Origin: an uncultured Acidobacteriota bacterium
GTDB taxonomy: Bacteria > Acidobacteriota > Thermoanaerobaculia > Multivoradales > JAHEKO01
Length of the DNA stretch: 64,000 bases
Assembly: GCA_963713825.1 (NCBI GenBank)
Contig: CAVQNG010000003.1
Span: 992,001-1,056,000, forward strand
Direction: 5' to 3'
Below the pieces are notes generated by a model. It made no database searches, was not told the DNA's origin, and saw nothing but the letters and a program-made list of their open reading frames with translations. Positions 40,342-51,768 of this stretch are shown one piece after another. Position 1 is the first letter of the stretch. The number at the start of each line of letters is the position of its first letter. The translations under genes were made by a program, and so were the position numbers.

Positions 40342-43300
40342 TCTCGGGCGGAGGAGGGAGAAAGCAGATATCCGACCCGTCGGTGGGCAGGGGCTTCTTC
40401 AGGACCTGCGTGTAGATCGTCAGCCACCACATATAGATTCTGAAGGCCGTACCTACGAACCCCCCTTTGGTCAAGAGAGATCGATGGATCTGCTATGGGT
40501 CCCTTGATCTTGGCTGGTGTTGCGAGGGTCAAGAAGGTCCTCTTCTTTGGCCGTGGGCGCAGTGTCATGTTGAGGGTCATGTCTTCGAGGCTGATTGATC
40601 CCTTGCCCCGGGCTCGAATGCTCGAGGTGTCGAACCAGAACTCTTCGACCGTCATCTGTCCTTCGGCAACCGAAAAGGTTCCCACCATGCAATTGAGAAC
40701 GGACTCATCGGTCGGATCTACCACGCGGACCATCGACCGGAACAGGCCGGCACCCCAGAGGCTGAGTAGGGTGGTGTCGATGTCGCGGGGGAAGAGCGCG
40801 AGGCGAAAGTTCCCTCCCGTGGCTGTGAGGATCTGATCGGCCGGTACGCTCGGGGTCACCAATCGGGTCTCTAGATCGATGCTGCCATGGCCTTCCGCCT
40901 CCGGATTGAGGAGTTCGAGGATCGGGCCGTACTCCAAGTTGTCGATAGCAAGCTCCAGCTCGGTGGCAACGCGGCCCGCCTCAGCAACCAGGGTGGCCTG
41001 GCCGTCAATGTTCCCGTCGGCCAACGCCAGGCTGAAAGGCCCAAGGGTTAGCCGACCCTTTTCGGACTGGATCTCGACATGTCCACCGCCACCCGTCTCG
41101 CCACCCCAGTAGATGTCTTCTGACTGCAAGCTCAGGTCGAGATCCATCTTCGCGAGCTTGCTCGACTGGAGCTTCTCCAGCCAACTCTCCTGATCCTCGT
41201 CCTCTGTGCCGCTGTCGGGCTCCGCTGACGCCGCGGTGTCGCTCTGGGTCTCGTCAGGGGTCCCAGTATTGGCGGAGATCTCGGCGAGATGGATGCGCCG
41301 CGACGAGAAGTCGGCGGAGAGACGAGGTCGAGCACCCGTGAGGTCCAAGGAGACGCTTCCATGGGCGTCGGATTCTCCGACTTCGAGGGAGAGGTCCTGC
41401 AAGGTGAAGCTGTCAGGACGGATTGCGAGGTCTCCTGAGGCTGCTACGGGTCCGATTTCGGAGATCCGGTGTCCGGTGAACGGTTCGAAGCTACTGACAC
41501 GATCGGCTGCCAGCGAGAAGCTGAAGTCGAGGTTGTCGGGAGTGACGGGTGGCGTGAGCACAGCCCTTGTTTCCAGCTGGGCGTCTCCCATACTCAGAAC
41601 CATATCGACCGGGAAATGGTTGTCATCGAGACCCGCTTGGTCCTTGTTGTGAAGGGTGAGCTGGAGGTCGACAGGCCACTCCCAGAGGTGGCCGTCAGCA
41701 GTTACCTGGAGGGGTTTGCCAGGGGACTCGGAAATCGCCGCCTGGTCCATGGTGAGCTCGAGGGGTTTCGCTTCGTCGAGGGAAGGGGCGGACAGGTAGA
41801 CCCCCTCGGCACGACCCGACATGACCACACCTTCGTGGAGCATCTCGCGCAGCGTCTCCGCGGCGCTATCGACCTCGAGGTCGAATCGCTGGGCCCGAAC
41901 GACGAAATTCGGTGCGACTTCTCCGAGCGGGACGAGCCGACCGAGATCTGTCGCCTCGCCGCTCAAATCCAGGCTCATTTCGGGGGGATCTGTTCCCCAG
42001 TCGAGATCCAGCTCACCCCGGTAGCTGGCCTCGTCGGCTCGACCGGAGAAGGCGACTCGCTTCAGATGACTTTGGGAAACGACCGCGTCCACGACGACAT
42101 TCGAGAAGTCGGCGAGCTCTTCCGAGTCGCGGATGACTCTGTCGAGCTCGAGATGAGCCCTGACATCCGGAAGGGGCAGCTCCTCTGGCCAGATCGGCAC
42201 GTCGACGGTGAGAACAGGATTCGATGAGAGCTTTTCCTCCTCGGCGCTGATCAAGCTCACCAGTTCGTCGAAAGCCACAATAGAGGCATCGAGATCGACA
42301 AGGATGGGGGAGCCCTTCTGCGGCGGAACTTGCAGGCTCAGCGCGGTGGTGGTTTGGCCTACGCGCAGCGTGTCGAGATGCAGCTCTCGCCGCTCCGGTT
42401 CGACGATCAGCCTCCCGTGCGCCTCGTAGGAGTAGTCAGCGTCTGCCGGAACTCCCCACCAGGGCTCGAGGTCTCCGATGCGGTCACCGGTGACGTCGAG
42501 CTCCAGTTCCAAGAAGAAGTCGTCGGTCTCGAAGGAAACGCTGCCTTCGATCGATGTTTTCCCTCCCAGCCCTTCGCCGACCAGTGTGAACGGCCAGGGC
42601 TCCCTGGATTCCCAGTCTTTGCTGGCTTGCCCCTTCAGCTCGATGCTGTAGGGGTATCCCCGCAGGTCTCCGTCGAGGCTCACTTGCACGGGCACTTGCG
42701 GGCTACGTTTCAACTCCAGGCGTGTGAGGTTGAGATCGACTTGTCTTTCACCGTCGAGACTGCTGAGGCGAACCTGCGTATCTCCGGTCTCGAGCTGAAT
42801 CTCGAACTGATTGAGCATCTCGCCGAGTGTTTCACCGGAGCTCGAAGCCGACAGGTTCAGCTGTCCGACGGTGCCTGTTGTCAGGCCCTTTCCCAGGTCT
42901 GCCGTGAGCTGATCGAGGGGAAACGTGGCTGACGAGAGGTCGAGGGCCAGCTCCAGCAGACCTCGAGTGCTTGCAACCCTCACCTCCCCCTCGACGGAAG
43001 TTCCTGCCAGCTGGAGCTCGTACGGCAGGGTCAAGTGCCCGTCTTGGAGAATCAGCTCTCCCTTCATCTCTTCGACGGTAGTTTGGAGACCGTCGAGTCC
43101 CTCGATGCTGATGTCGAGGTCGACGTTCATCGCGGCCAGAGCGTTTTCGAGTAGCTCTGTTGGGATGGGCCGCTCGAAGATTCGGTATTCAGTCGCGACC
43201 TCTGTCTTCGGGTCATCGCCAGTTGGGGGAAGATCGAGCCATGGGCCTAGGTCGATTCGGCCGGTATCCAGTCTGCCGTCGAGTGTGAGCTTCTCGCTCT

Positions 43301-44204
43301 CGAAGCTCAGTTGGAGATCACCGCTCAGCTGGGCTTCGCCGATCCGGCTTTGGAGCTCGGACAGGTGGAATGGACCCCCGGAGTGAGTCAGGCTGCCTTG
43401 GACCTGGAAGGAGCCCAGCGAAGGGACGCGGATTCCGGCGGCTGCGAGTGTGATCTCGAGATCGTCTCCCTGGAGACTGAATTCGAGGGCAAGGGTCGGT
43501 GGGTTGGACTGCCTGCTGAGAGTGCCTTCGAGGGTGAGATTGGCGCCGGCGACATCGAGGGCCGCCTCCATTGGAATCGTCGAATCTGAATTGAGGAGAT
43601 CTTCCAGTGTGGGACCCCCAGCCTCGAATCGCAGAGCCGTGTCGTCGAAGCTCCCACGAGCTACGAGCTTCAACGGAGAGGTCCGGGTGATTCCACCGTC
43701 GAGCTCGTCGATCACGAGCCGGTGGTCACCGCCGAGGTCGTCCGTGACATTCACCTGAACCTGGTCGAACTCGAGGATCTTGAGGGCGTCCACCCGATAC
43801 GGGGATTTCGGGCGATCCTCTTGTCCGATCCAGCTCTTCACCAATTCGAGCGTCGGGCGCAGTTGCACCGTCACCTGATCCAGTTTCAGGGAGTCGATGG
43901 AGATATGGCGTTTCAGGAGCGGTATCAACTCGATCTGGAGCTGAGTCGTCTCGACGCTTGCCAGATCTCCCGCTCGCAGGTTTCGGATCTCCACAGTCGG
44001 TTCGAGAGATGTCGTCAGGAAGAGCTCTTCCAGAGTTATTGGAGCTCCGGTGAGGCCGGTCAACTGTGCCTCGAGAAGGCCCTTGAATGGGCTCAGGTTC
44101 AGGGTGGGCTGCAAAAGGAGAAGAAACGCCACGAAGGCGACGACGACAACCACGCAGACCGCAAGAGCGATCACCAGCCGTCGCAGCCATGGATGCTTGG
44201 TCAC
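40301..44204 (-). CDS. AsmA family protein; frameshift near 40470
   Basis: N-terminal TM anchor and repeated beta-groove segments; C-terminal LNC..F...G..G.G.ISL..P..I.GP...P. The corrected frame ends at TGA 40301-40303. Confidence 0.8.
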
Positions 44205-44232
44205 GGGTTTTGTCTTTCAGCCGCTGACTGTC

Positions 44233-45066
44233 TCAGGCTATCTGGTGGCTACGGTGGGGCGTGAAGGCCTGTGGCAGCAACTCGCCGTGATCCACGATCA
44301 CCACACTCGACTCGGGTATCTCCACCCAGAGATCGGTCAGATCGCTGAAAGGTTCCGACACCACGATCCGGAGATCGTCAGGAAGCTCTCCTACGTCGGG
44401 GTGCAGTTCCTGAATGGCTTCCTTGCTGACGCTGTGAAACAGGGAGCGGGAATTGCCCTCGCTGGAATAGCGAAAGGCCCAGATGCGCTGGCCGTCGCTG
44501 ATACCGAGGGTCATCTGGAGCGGATTCTCGATGCCATGGTTTGCGGCCGCCTCTTCGATACAGCCGGCCATTCTCTCCACTGCTCCGACGACGTCCTTTT
44601 GCATCCCGAACGTGAGAGCCAGATAGAACATGATCTCCGAGTCTGTCGTGCCCTCGATGAGCGGAAAGAGGTCTGGAGCTACTGCCAAAGCCAACTCCCG
44701 GCGCAGACTTCGGAACTGTTCGATGGAGCCGTTGTGCACGAACAGCCAGTTGCCATGGCGAAAGGGATGACAGTTGGTCTGCTGCACCGCCGTGCCGGTA
44801 GCGGCGCGCACATGGGCGAGGAACAAGGGAGACTCGATCTGGGCAGCGAGGTCACGGAGATTGTCGTCGTTCCAGGCCGGTTGCGTTTCGCGGTAGACCC
44901 CGGGTAGATCCCGGCTTCCGTACCAACCGATCCCGAATCCGTCACCGTTGGTTGTGGTATCGCCGCCGTAGGACGACAGACTCTGATCGATCAGCGAGTG
45001 CTTCGGCTTGAAGATCAGCTCTTCGAGGAACAAGGGGGCTCCAGAATAGGCCAGCCAACGACACAT
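44233..45066 (-). CDS. Class II glutamine amidotransferase (EgtC/YafJ-like)
   Basis: MCRWLAY (catalytic Cys2), NGDGFGIGWY, AHVRAAT, NCHPF, HNG, GTTDSE. Confidence 0.92.
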   Translation of the reverse strand: MCRWLAYSGAPLFLEELIFKPKHSLIDQSLSSYGGDTTTNGDGFGIGWYGSRDLPGVYRETQPAWNDDNLRDLAAQIESPLFLAHVRAATGTAVQQTNCHPFRHGNWLFVHNGSIEQFRSLRRELALAVAPDLFPLIEGTTDSEIMFYLALTFGMQKDVVGAVERMAGCIEEAAANHGIENPLQMTLGISDGQRIWAFRYSSEGNSRSLFHSVSKEAIQELHPDVGELPDDLRIVVSEPFSDLTDLWVEIPESSVVIVDHGELLPQAFTPHRSHQIA

Positions 45067-45140
45067 GGTGCTACCTCCTCGGCCAGGGATTTACCAGCAA
45101 CACGATTCTACAGAGTCGGCACGGATCGAGGGCCTAGACG

Positions 45141-46766
45141 ATGAGTGATAATGCTCGGATGAAGAACAATCCCTACCAAGTCCTGGGCCCCACAGTGCCG
45201 CCCTTGCTCGGACGTCGGGATCTGATCGAAAGGGTGCGCGCCCACCTCGACAAAGAGCGCCCCGAGCACGTCTCGGTCATGGGGCCGGCTCTGTATGGCA
45301 AGAGCGTGTTGCTTCAGGAGATAGCCAGGATCTACGCGGAGGACCAGCCAGGGTATCTGGGAGCGGCCTACTTCGATCTGCGGCGGCGGACTCCGCTGAC
45401 CGATGACGAGCTGCGCGAGAGGTTCGCCGAGAAGCTGTCGACAGCAGTGGAGCAGTCCTGGCCCGAAGGTGCCGAGCTACTTCGATTCGATGACGTGGAG
45501 ATCAGCGAACGCCTCAGTCTGGTGGCTCGCGAGCTCGCGAAAACCGAGGACGCGGTGCTGATGGTCATGGATGGTTTTGACGATGTGCTGGCCAACCCCG
45601 GCATCACCGCCGAGATCTGGGACGGTCTGCTGCGAATCGCCTCGGAGCCGGTTCTGCGCTATGTGACCGGCAGTCGACTCCCCCTGCGGGAGCTGTGTCG
45701 AACCGAAGAATCACGCACCTCGGATTTCTGGGAGATCTTCCACGACGCCCCGGTCATCGTCGGCTGCCTGGATGAGAGCGATTGGGAGGCCTTTCTCTCG
45801 CCGTTCGAGCAAGGGGGAGTCACACTCGACAAGGCGGCTCGCCAGCGGCTTCAGTACTGGACCGGGAGTATTCCGATTCTGCTGACGGCCCTTCTGCAGT
45901 CGACGTGGGAGGGGGCCGAGCCCGGAGCAACAGTAGCCGGTGAGGACGTGGATCGATTGGCCGAGCGCCTCATGCAAGGTCGGCGACAGCTCCTCGCCGC
46001 TGTGTGGGAAGAGTGCACCGCGGAAATGAAGACGGATCTCGCAGACCTGAGCCGTGGCGAGTTGCGGGTCAGGGCGGTTCCGGAGTCGCGTTTACGGCGC
46101 CTGGAGCGTAGGGGGTTCGTCCGACGAGAAGGCAAGCGGATCGTCTCCGCTTGTGGCCTCATGGAACGGTTCGTAGAGCAGGAGTCGGCGGGTGTGAGTA
46201 GCCTGCAGCGAGTCTTCGGAGATGCCGAACTGTTCCAACAGAACGTTCGCATGCTTCTCGAGGTTCGCTTGGCGCAGGTTCCGATAGCGGATCCGACACT
46301 CCACGGCTACGTCGAGCAGGCGATCCGGCATCTGCAACCGGAGCCGCGCCACTCGACCGTTTGGGTGAGGAGCATCGCGGACCGGGCGCTCGATCTCATC
46401 TGGGAGCGGGAGCTCAGGGATGGAGTCACCCTCCCCGAGTCGTGGATCATCGCCTGGCAACGGGCCGGAATTCAGCATCTTCCCGACGACGGCCATGGCC
46501 GAGTGCCTTCCGAGCGAGGCCGGCAGCTGCGGCTACTGCGCTACGCCACCGGCTCTGGTGTCGGAGGTCGCTCCCTGAAGCGGCTGACGAGATGGGTGAC
46601 GAAGCCGACGGCATTGCTCGTCGATCACCTGCAATCGGTGGGGAACTTCGGCCAGCACCAGGATGACGAAGTCACGTCTTCGTTTGCGGTGTCGACCTGC
46701 AACTCGGCGATCGCTCTCTGTGAGAGCCTGGCTGGTGATCTGAGAATCGAAGCCGACAAACCATGA
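45141..46766 (+). CDS. STAND/AAA-like P-loop ATPase with possible DUF4145/HEPN-like C-terminal domain
   Basis: NPY..LLGRRDL, Walker A GPALYGKS, Walker B LMVMDGFD, WTGSIPILL. C-terminus has RSIADRAL..LVDHLQSVGNFGQH. Confidence 0.7.
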   Translation: MSDNARMKNNPYQVLGPTVPPLLGRRDLIERVRAHLDKERPEHVSVMGPALYGKSVLLQEIARIYAEDQPGYLGAAYFDLRRRTPLTDDELRERFAEKLSTAVEQSWPEGAELLRFDDVEISERLSLVARELAKTEDAVLMVMDGFDDVLANPGITAEIWDGLLRIASEPVLRYVTGSRLPLRELCRTEESRTSDFWEIFHDAPVIVGCLDESDWEAFLSPFEQGGVTLDKAARQRLQYWTGSIPILLTALLQSTWEGAEPGATVAGEDVDRLAERLMQGRRQLLAAVWEECTAEMKTDLADLSRGELRVRAVPESRLRRLERRGFVRREGKRIVSACGLMERFVEQESAGVSSLQRVFGDAELFQQNVRMLLEVRLAQVPIADPTLHGYVEQAIRHLQPEPRHSTVWVRSIADRALDLIWERELRDGVTLPESWIIAWQRAGIQHLPDDGHGRVPSERGRQLRLLRYATGSGVGGRSLKRLTRWVTKPTALLVDHLQSVGNFGQHQDDEVTSSFAVSTCNSAIALCESLAGDLRIEADKP

Positions 46767-47401
46767 TGTTGACAGAAAGAGGGAGTGCCTGGGGGGACAT
46801 CGTGGCGATGACCGCCGTGCTCCTGTCCTACATGTGGCTCTGGCAGCGGACCTTTGCTGGAGAGTTGTTCGTTTGCATAGCTCTGGTGGTAGGGCTGGCA
46901 GTTTGGAGCCATTGGCGCCGGGGCGAGACTCCACGCGACCTTGGGTTTAGGACCGACAATCTGGCTCCAGCCGCGATCAAGGTCTTTTCCTTTGTCGGTC
47001 CCTTGATTGTCTTCATCCTGATCGGTGGTGTTGCGCTGGGCACCTTTCGCGTCCCGGCCCGGGACGAGTTCTTGGCCAGACTGATTGTCTTGCCGCTGTT
47101 TGGCCTGGGACAGCAATACCTGCTGCTTGGTTTCTATCTGCGCCGATACGAGGAGGCGCTACCTGGAGAGCGACTGCCGATCTTGGCAACGGCCCTGACC
47201 TTCTCCCTTCTACACCTGCCGAACAGCTTTTTGGTCGGCGCGACCTTTCTGATTGGACTCGGTTCGTGTTGGCTCTACGGCCGGGCCAGGAATCTCTGGG
47301 TCCTGGGCCTTGCCCATGGCCTGCTGTCCCTGGCCTTTTCGGTCTCGATCTCCAAGAGCCTCGCCTCCGGAATGAAGGTTGGGTCGAGAGCGCTGAAGTG
47401 A
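46763..47401 (+). CDS. CPBP (Abi/CAAX) family intramembrane protease-like protein, QQ variant
   Basis: RDLGF; FGLGQQYLLLGF in place of EExxxR; FSLLHLPN; LGLAHG. Confidence 0.7.
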   Translation: MMLTERGSAWGDIVAMTAVLLSYMWLWQRTFAGELFVCIALVVGLAVWSHWRRGETPRDLGFRTDNLAPAAIKVFSFVGPLIVFILIGGVALGTFRVPARDEFLARLIVLPLFGLGQQYLLLGFYLRRYEEALPGERLPILATALTFSLLHLPNSFLVGATFLIGLGSCWLYGRARNLWVLGLAHGLLSLAFSVSISKSLASGMKVGSRALK

Positions 47402-47531
47402 GGCAGTGAAGCAGTGAGGCACTGAGGCAGTGAGGCAGTGAGGCAGTGAGAGGGAATAAGGGCGTAAGGGCTTAGGGGCGTAGGGGATAGAAAGCCCGTG
47501 GGTGAAGCGGCCGGTGCCCCTGCCGGCCGTT
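47399..47531 (+). repeat. Octamer tandem repeats (TGAGGCAG x6-7, then TAGGGGCG-like x4-5) followed by a family-2 unit
   Basis: Read directly: tgaggcag tgaagcag tgaggcac tgaggcag tgaggcag tgaggcag; taagggcg taagggct taggggcg taggggat; GGGTGAAGCGGCCGGTGCCCCTGCCGGCCG at 47500. Confidence 0.8.
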
Positions 47532-47561
47532 TGTCCGTCTAACTGAGAAGTCGTCGCGTGG

Positions 47562-47730
47562 AGGTCCGTCCGCGTGGTCCGCAAGGGGACGGCGTCGTCC
47601 ACTCAGACTTTGATGAATGAGCCGCCACCTGCGCTCTCCGGCGCGCCGGATCTGTCGTGCACTTCGACGACTCTTGCGCTGCGCTTGTCGAGAGCCCCCC
47701 TGCGGACCACCCGAACGAACCTCTGGCACC
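47562..47730. repeat. 169-bp dispersed hairpin element, copy B (family 1)
   Basis: Same length and orientation as 6252..6420. Shared blocks ACTCAGACT, GTGCACT, CTTGCGCTGCGCT and ACCACCCGAACGAACCT.TGGCACC. Confidence 0.8.
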
Positions 47731-48138
47731 ATTAGAGGCTAACGACCGCCAGGGCCGCCCCCACGATGAGTTCCTGGCGGGCTCAGATCGAGCAAGGGGT
47801 CTCCTTCGTCGGAGGGGCATGGTTGGGCAGGTCGCTGGTGCTTTCAGGCGGCTCGACATTGCTGGCGCCCACCGAAGACGGACCGGCGGTCATCAAGAGT
47901 AGCGTCAGGACCCAGAGTGTTGGGCGCACTGTCGCGATGCTACTCACCCCCTGTAGCTCGATCAACGAGAGGCTTGGCGCCCGGGGCAATGATCTTGGCG
48001 CCCGTAGCTATCTCTATCTTCGGTGATCTTCGCGAAACTGGAGTCAGTGGAGCTCGCTCTTTTCCCGGAACCTTGACCCTCGGCACGAGGCTAGGCCGGG
48101 GTGTTCCTTGTGGAGAGAGCGATCGAGGAGGTCTAGTA

Positions 48139-48735
48139 ATGGCGAATCAATGGTCCAAGAAAGCCAGTGGGAGCGAGGATTCGACAGCGCCACTTGGCGA
48201 CTCGGGCGAAAGCAACGAGCAAGCTCAATCCCGGTCAAGCGATCCAGTCGTTGTTGGTCTGTGCAGGGGGATGGTTGGTCTCAGCCTTGCTCTGCTCGTT
48301 GGTCTCATGACTTTGGCCTGGGTCCTGTTGCGCAGTGACATCGATTGGGACGCGTCGGTGGTCAAGGCGAGCCGTCGCGAGGCTCTTGTGGAAGCCTCCG
48401 ATGAGCCATCCAACGGTGAGGCGGCGACTGCGACAGCAGGCGTGATTCGGTTCGATTCGAGCCGATTGAATAGTGAGGGCCTGGTGGGCCCTCCTGACGG
48501 ACTGCGTGCGTTGAGCTACGAGTTCTGCATTCCGGCTGTCGAATCCCATGTCAGTGAGGTCGAGTCGATCGATTCGACGATTACGATTCAGCGCAGCTCG
48601 CCAGGCAGGATCGGCTGCGGGTCGGATGAGTATCTGGCGATCGGTAGCACCCACCAACCCGGGTTCCGGGAGGTTCTGGATCGACTCAGTCGCCTTCCCT
48701 ATGTGAACGAGATCCAAGAAGCCCATTTCGAGTAG
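48139..48735 (+). CDS. Hypothetical membrane-anchored protein
   Basis: One TM segment; conserved-looking GL.GPPDGLRALSYEFCIP..SPGRIGC..LAIGSTHQ. Confidence 0.6.
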   Translation: MANQWSKKASGSEDSTAPLGDSGESNEQAQSRSSDPVVVGLCRGMVGLSLALLVGLMTLAWVLLRSDIDWDASVVKASRREALVEASDEPSNGEAATATAGVIRFDSSRLNSEGLVGPPDGLRALSYEFCIPAVESHVSEVESIDSTITIQRSSPGRIGCGSDEYLAIGSTHQPGFREVLDRLSRLPYVNEIQEAHFE

Positions 48736-48839
48736 ATCTGCTGGTCCTTTCCTCTATCTTCTGAGCCGCTAACGGTCGCCTCTCACCGGGCCTCTTTGCG
48801 GAGTAGCCGGGTGCTACGATTGGCCCTCTTAAGAGGATT

Positions 48840-51768
48840 ATGGTGAGAGGCAATTCGGGATCCATTCCAACTCGGTCTTGGGGAGTTCTGCCGACTCTCC
48901 TCGCCCTAGGCCTGCTCTGTTCAGGCTCCATTCAGGCTCAGTTGAGGCCGCTTGCCCCGCAGCCTACCGAAGGGTGGCTGGTTATCGGCGACTTCACAGG
49001 CTCGGCCGACGTCGGTCTCAGGAGCCTGGTGAGCAACTGGTTCTTCGAGTACGAGCGAGGCGACAGTCTGTATCGGGACATGGGAGATCTCGGTGTCGGA
49101 ATCGGCGGCGATATCGGAGACGTGAGAGCGAACCTCAACTGGTACTTCCGGCGGCGGGTAGCGAGGTCGCAGGAAGTCAAGCCAGCCGGCTCGATGATTA
49201 CGGGCCAGGACATCTCCTACCTGAGCAATATCAATACCTCGCGGCTTCGACTGCGAGCCGACTGGAACTACCTCGAGAACACTGACGAATGGGCCTCCGT
49301 AGGTGTGCGAACCGAGGGTGGCTTTTCCGTGACGATGGCTCGCAAGCGTCAGCCCACGATCCATCTTCCCGAGTCCATACCTACCGAGGACCTCGATTCT
49401 CCATGGGCGGAATTCAAGGAGTTCTTCGTCGAGGAAGACGTCAATCTGCAGGAGAACAACGTCGTCTACGTCGGGGTGGGTTCCATGGCGGCGGTGGTGG
49501 ATGGTGCGGCGGCGGCCGCCGGCAATCGTTTCGCGAATACCGAGCACGCCGCAGTTTATTGGGACGAGTACTCCCGCCCCATGATGCTCTTCCCGGAGAC
49601 CGGAATCCCGGTCAAGCTGAGCGTCTTCACCGGTGACGATCCGACCCTGGCGGTCGGGGACTCCCTCAGGTTCTTGACGTTTGTGGGCCTTTCGCCGCTC
49701 GCCGCAGGAGTGGATCGATATGGAGTCCGGTTGGGGTATCAGCGGTATCTCCGGCTGTTGCGGGAAACAACAGTGGTCAAGGAGCCCGATGGCGAGGTAC
49801 TGGTCCGAGTTCGGGATTGGCGGGGCAATGGGAATGAGCTGACGCCCTTCAAGTACCGCCCCGAGGTCCGACTCTGGATCATCAGGCTCGGCTACACGTT
49901 CTTCGAATCGGTCGTCGATCGCTATCGGGAGAGAGTCTCCGATGTCACGTATCGCATCGATCTCGAGAGCGAGGCGGGGCTGGAGAGCTTCAAGCAGCTG
50001 CTCAAGAAGGGCGCCCGGGTGCGGGTGACTCCAGAGGTTCCGGGAGCCGAGCCGGAAGCCGAAGATGGTGTCGAGACTCTGTACACGGAGCTCGACCGCG
50101 GCAAAACCTATAACGCCCGGGTCAGAGCAAACTTCTTCGCCTGGTTCAACTATCACCTGCGGCAGTTGGGCAACACCCGCCGCATCGTGACCCGGGACGC
50201 TGAGTTCCGGGAGATCACGCGAGGTCGGATGAAGGACTTCTACAACGTGATCACGCAGAAGCGCAACGCGAAGCTGCGATCGGTGATCCGCGTCCAGTCC
50301 GACATCAACTGGTTCGACACAGAAGTCGCCGATGTCGCGCGAGAGGACGAGCGGTTGGCCACGACGATTACCACCAATATTTCATTGGGTTTTGCGAGTC
50401 AGGCAGAGGTGCGGACGTTGGTGAAGGGCGTCGGGGCGATCCTGGGCCTGAAGGAACTGGATCCGGCTCTGGGTGAGTTGATGCTTCGCAAGGTGGATGA
50501 CAGAACAGAGTTCGCTCTCGATATGGTCGTGAGCTTTGGGCCGAAAGAAATCAGCAGATTCGAAGGGGTTGCCGAGGACGACGTCTGGAGAGCGCTGGCG
50601 GAGCTCCTGTTGGGTCCCGAGCACGGGGAGGCCTGGGCGACTGCAACCGCTCGTCACTGGTGGGAACCTGGTGCTCCTGCCTATGTGGGGCCGCAGCCCT
50701 CGGTACGCCACATCGGCCTCTACTACGACAGTGTGCGAGGCTACGAGAAACCCCCCGCAGGGAATCGGTTCTTCGATCCGCAGTACAAGAGGAGCCAGAA
50801 GCTATACAGGATGGCGAAGAAGGCCGTGCGGAAATTCGATCGGTTGAAGGCAGCCTTCGGCGAGGAGAGTGACTGCCTCCAATGCCTGATCGACGGCTAT
50901 GCCACGGAGCTCGACTTCTACCTGATGCAGGCCTTGGCAGTTCGCTTTGGCGGCGGAGTCGAGGGAGGCGGCGTGGGTTTCGAATTCCGGTTCCTGCTCG
51001 GGGATATGACCAAACCCGTTGGTGGTTCCAACGATGTTCTGCACGGGTTTCATCTCGATTCGGCCGAGATCGTTCCAAACACCGAGACCATCCGTGATTC
51101 GCCTCCCCGCATCCGGAATGGGCAGGCCCTGCTCAACGTCATCTGGCTCCGAGCCGGAGTTGCAGGTGGCCAATGCTCCCTGCTGGAAGATCCGCCTTTT
51201 CAGCGACTACCTGTTTGCCGACGACCTGAGAGTCAGGTTGCAGGGGAGGAGATCCAAGAAGATCAAGAAAGACGAGACCCTGGTCACGCTTCTCCTCCCA
51301 CTCGGGAAGCCGAATCCCATCGAGGAGCTGCCCGAGATCGAGTTGGCCAGGGAGCTCTTCGACCCTCGGACCAAGATGAGTCTGAGCAGTGAGTATGCCG
51401 TCGGGCGAAACTACTCGGAGCATCTGGGAGGCGATGCTTCATGGGCCTCGGAGATGGAGCTGCCCGAGTACTTCTATGAGATCGACGTCCCCCCGGTAGA
51501 AGAATCGACTCTCGAGCAGGACTACACCGTCTTGCTCCGTGTCGTGAACACAATCGGTTTGCCAGTCACGGAGGAACAGGAGATTCGCCTACGAGTTCCC
51601 GAGGATTGGGCGGGGGAGGTTCCTGAGCATTGCGGGCTGCAGGTGATAGCCGCCACTTCAGGGCGAGCAAGGATGGCTCCCCAAGATCCCTCCCCTAATA
51701 CCCTAAGCCCTTCCTCAGTCGAGTGTGTCCATCTACTGCGCGGCCAACGGCGGTTCGAAGCGTCGTAG
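48840..51768 (+). CDS. Large secreted hypothetical protein (~970 aa); frameshift near 51145
   Basis: Signal peptide. ORF 48840..51392 degrades after NVIW and continues in ORF 51019..51768. Confidence 0.6.

Noticed and set aside
47399-47490. Possible CRISPR array
   Set aside because: Units are contiguous 8-mers without unique spacers, and no cas genes are present.
47735-48130. Short ORFs with signal-peptide-like stretch (47783..47989 -)
   Set aside because: No recognisable motif or RBS; probably a gene remnant or spurious.
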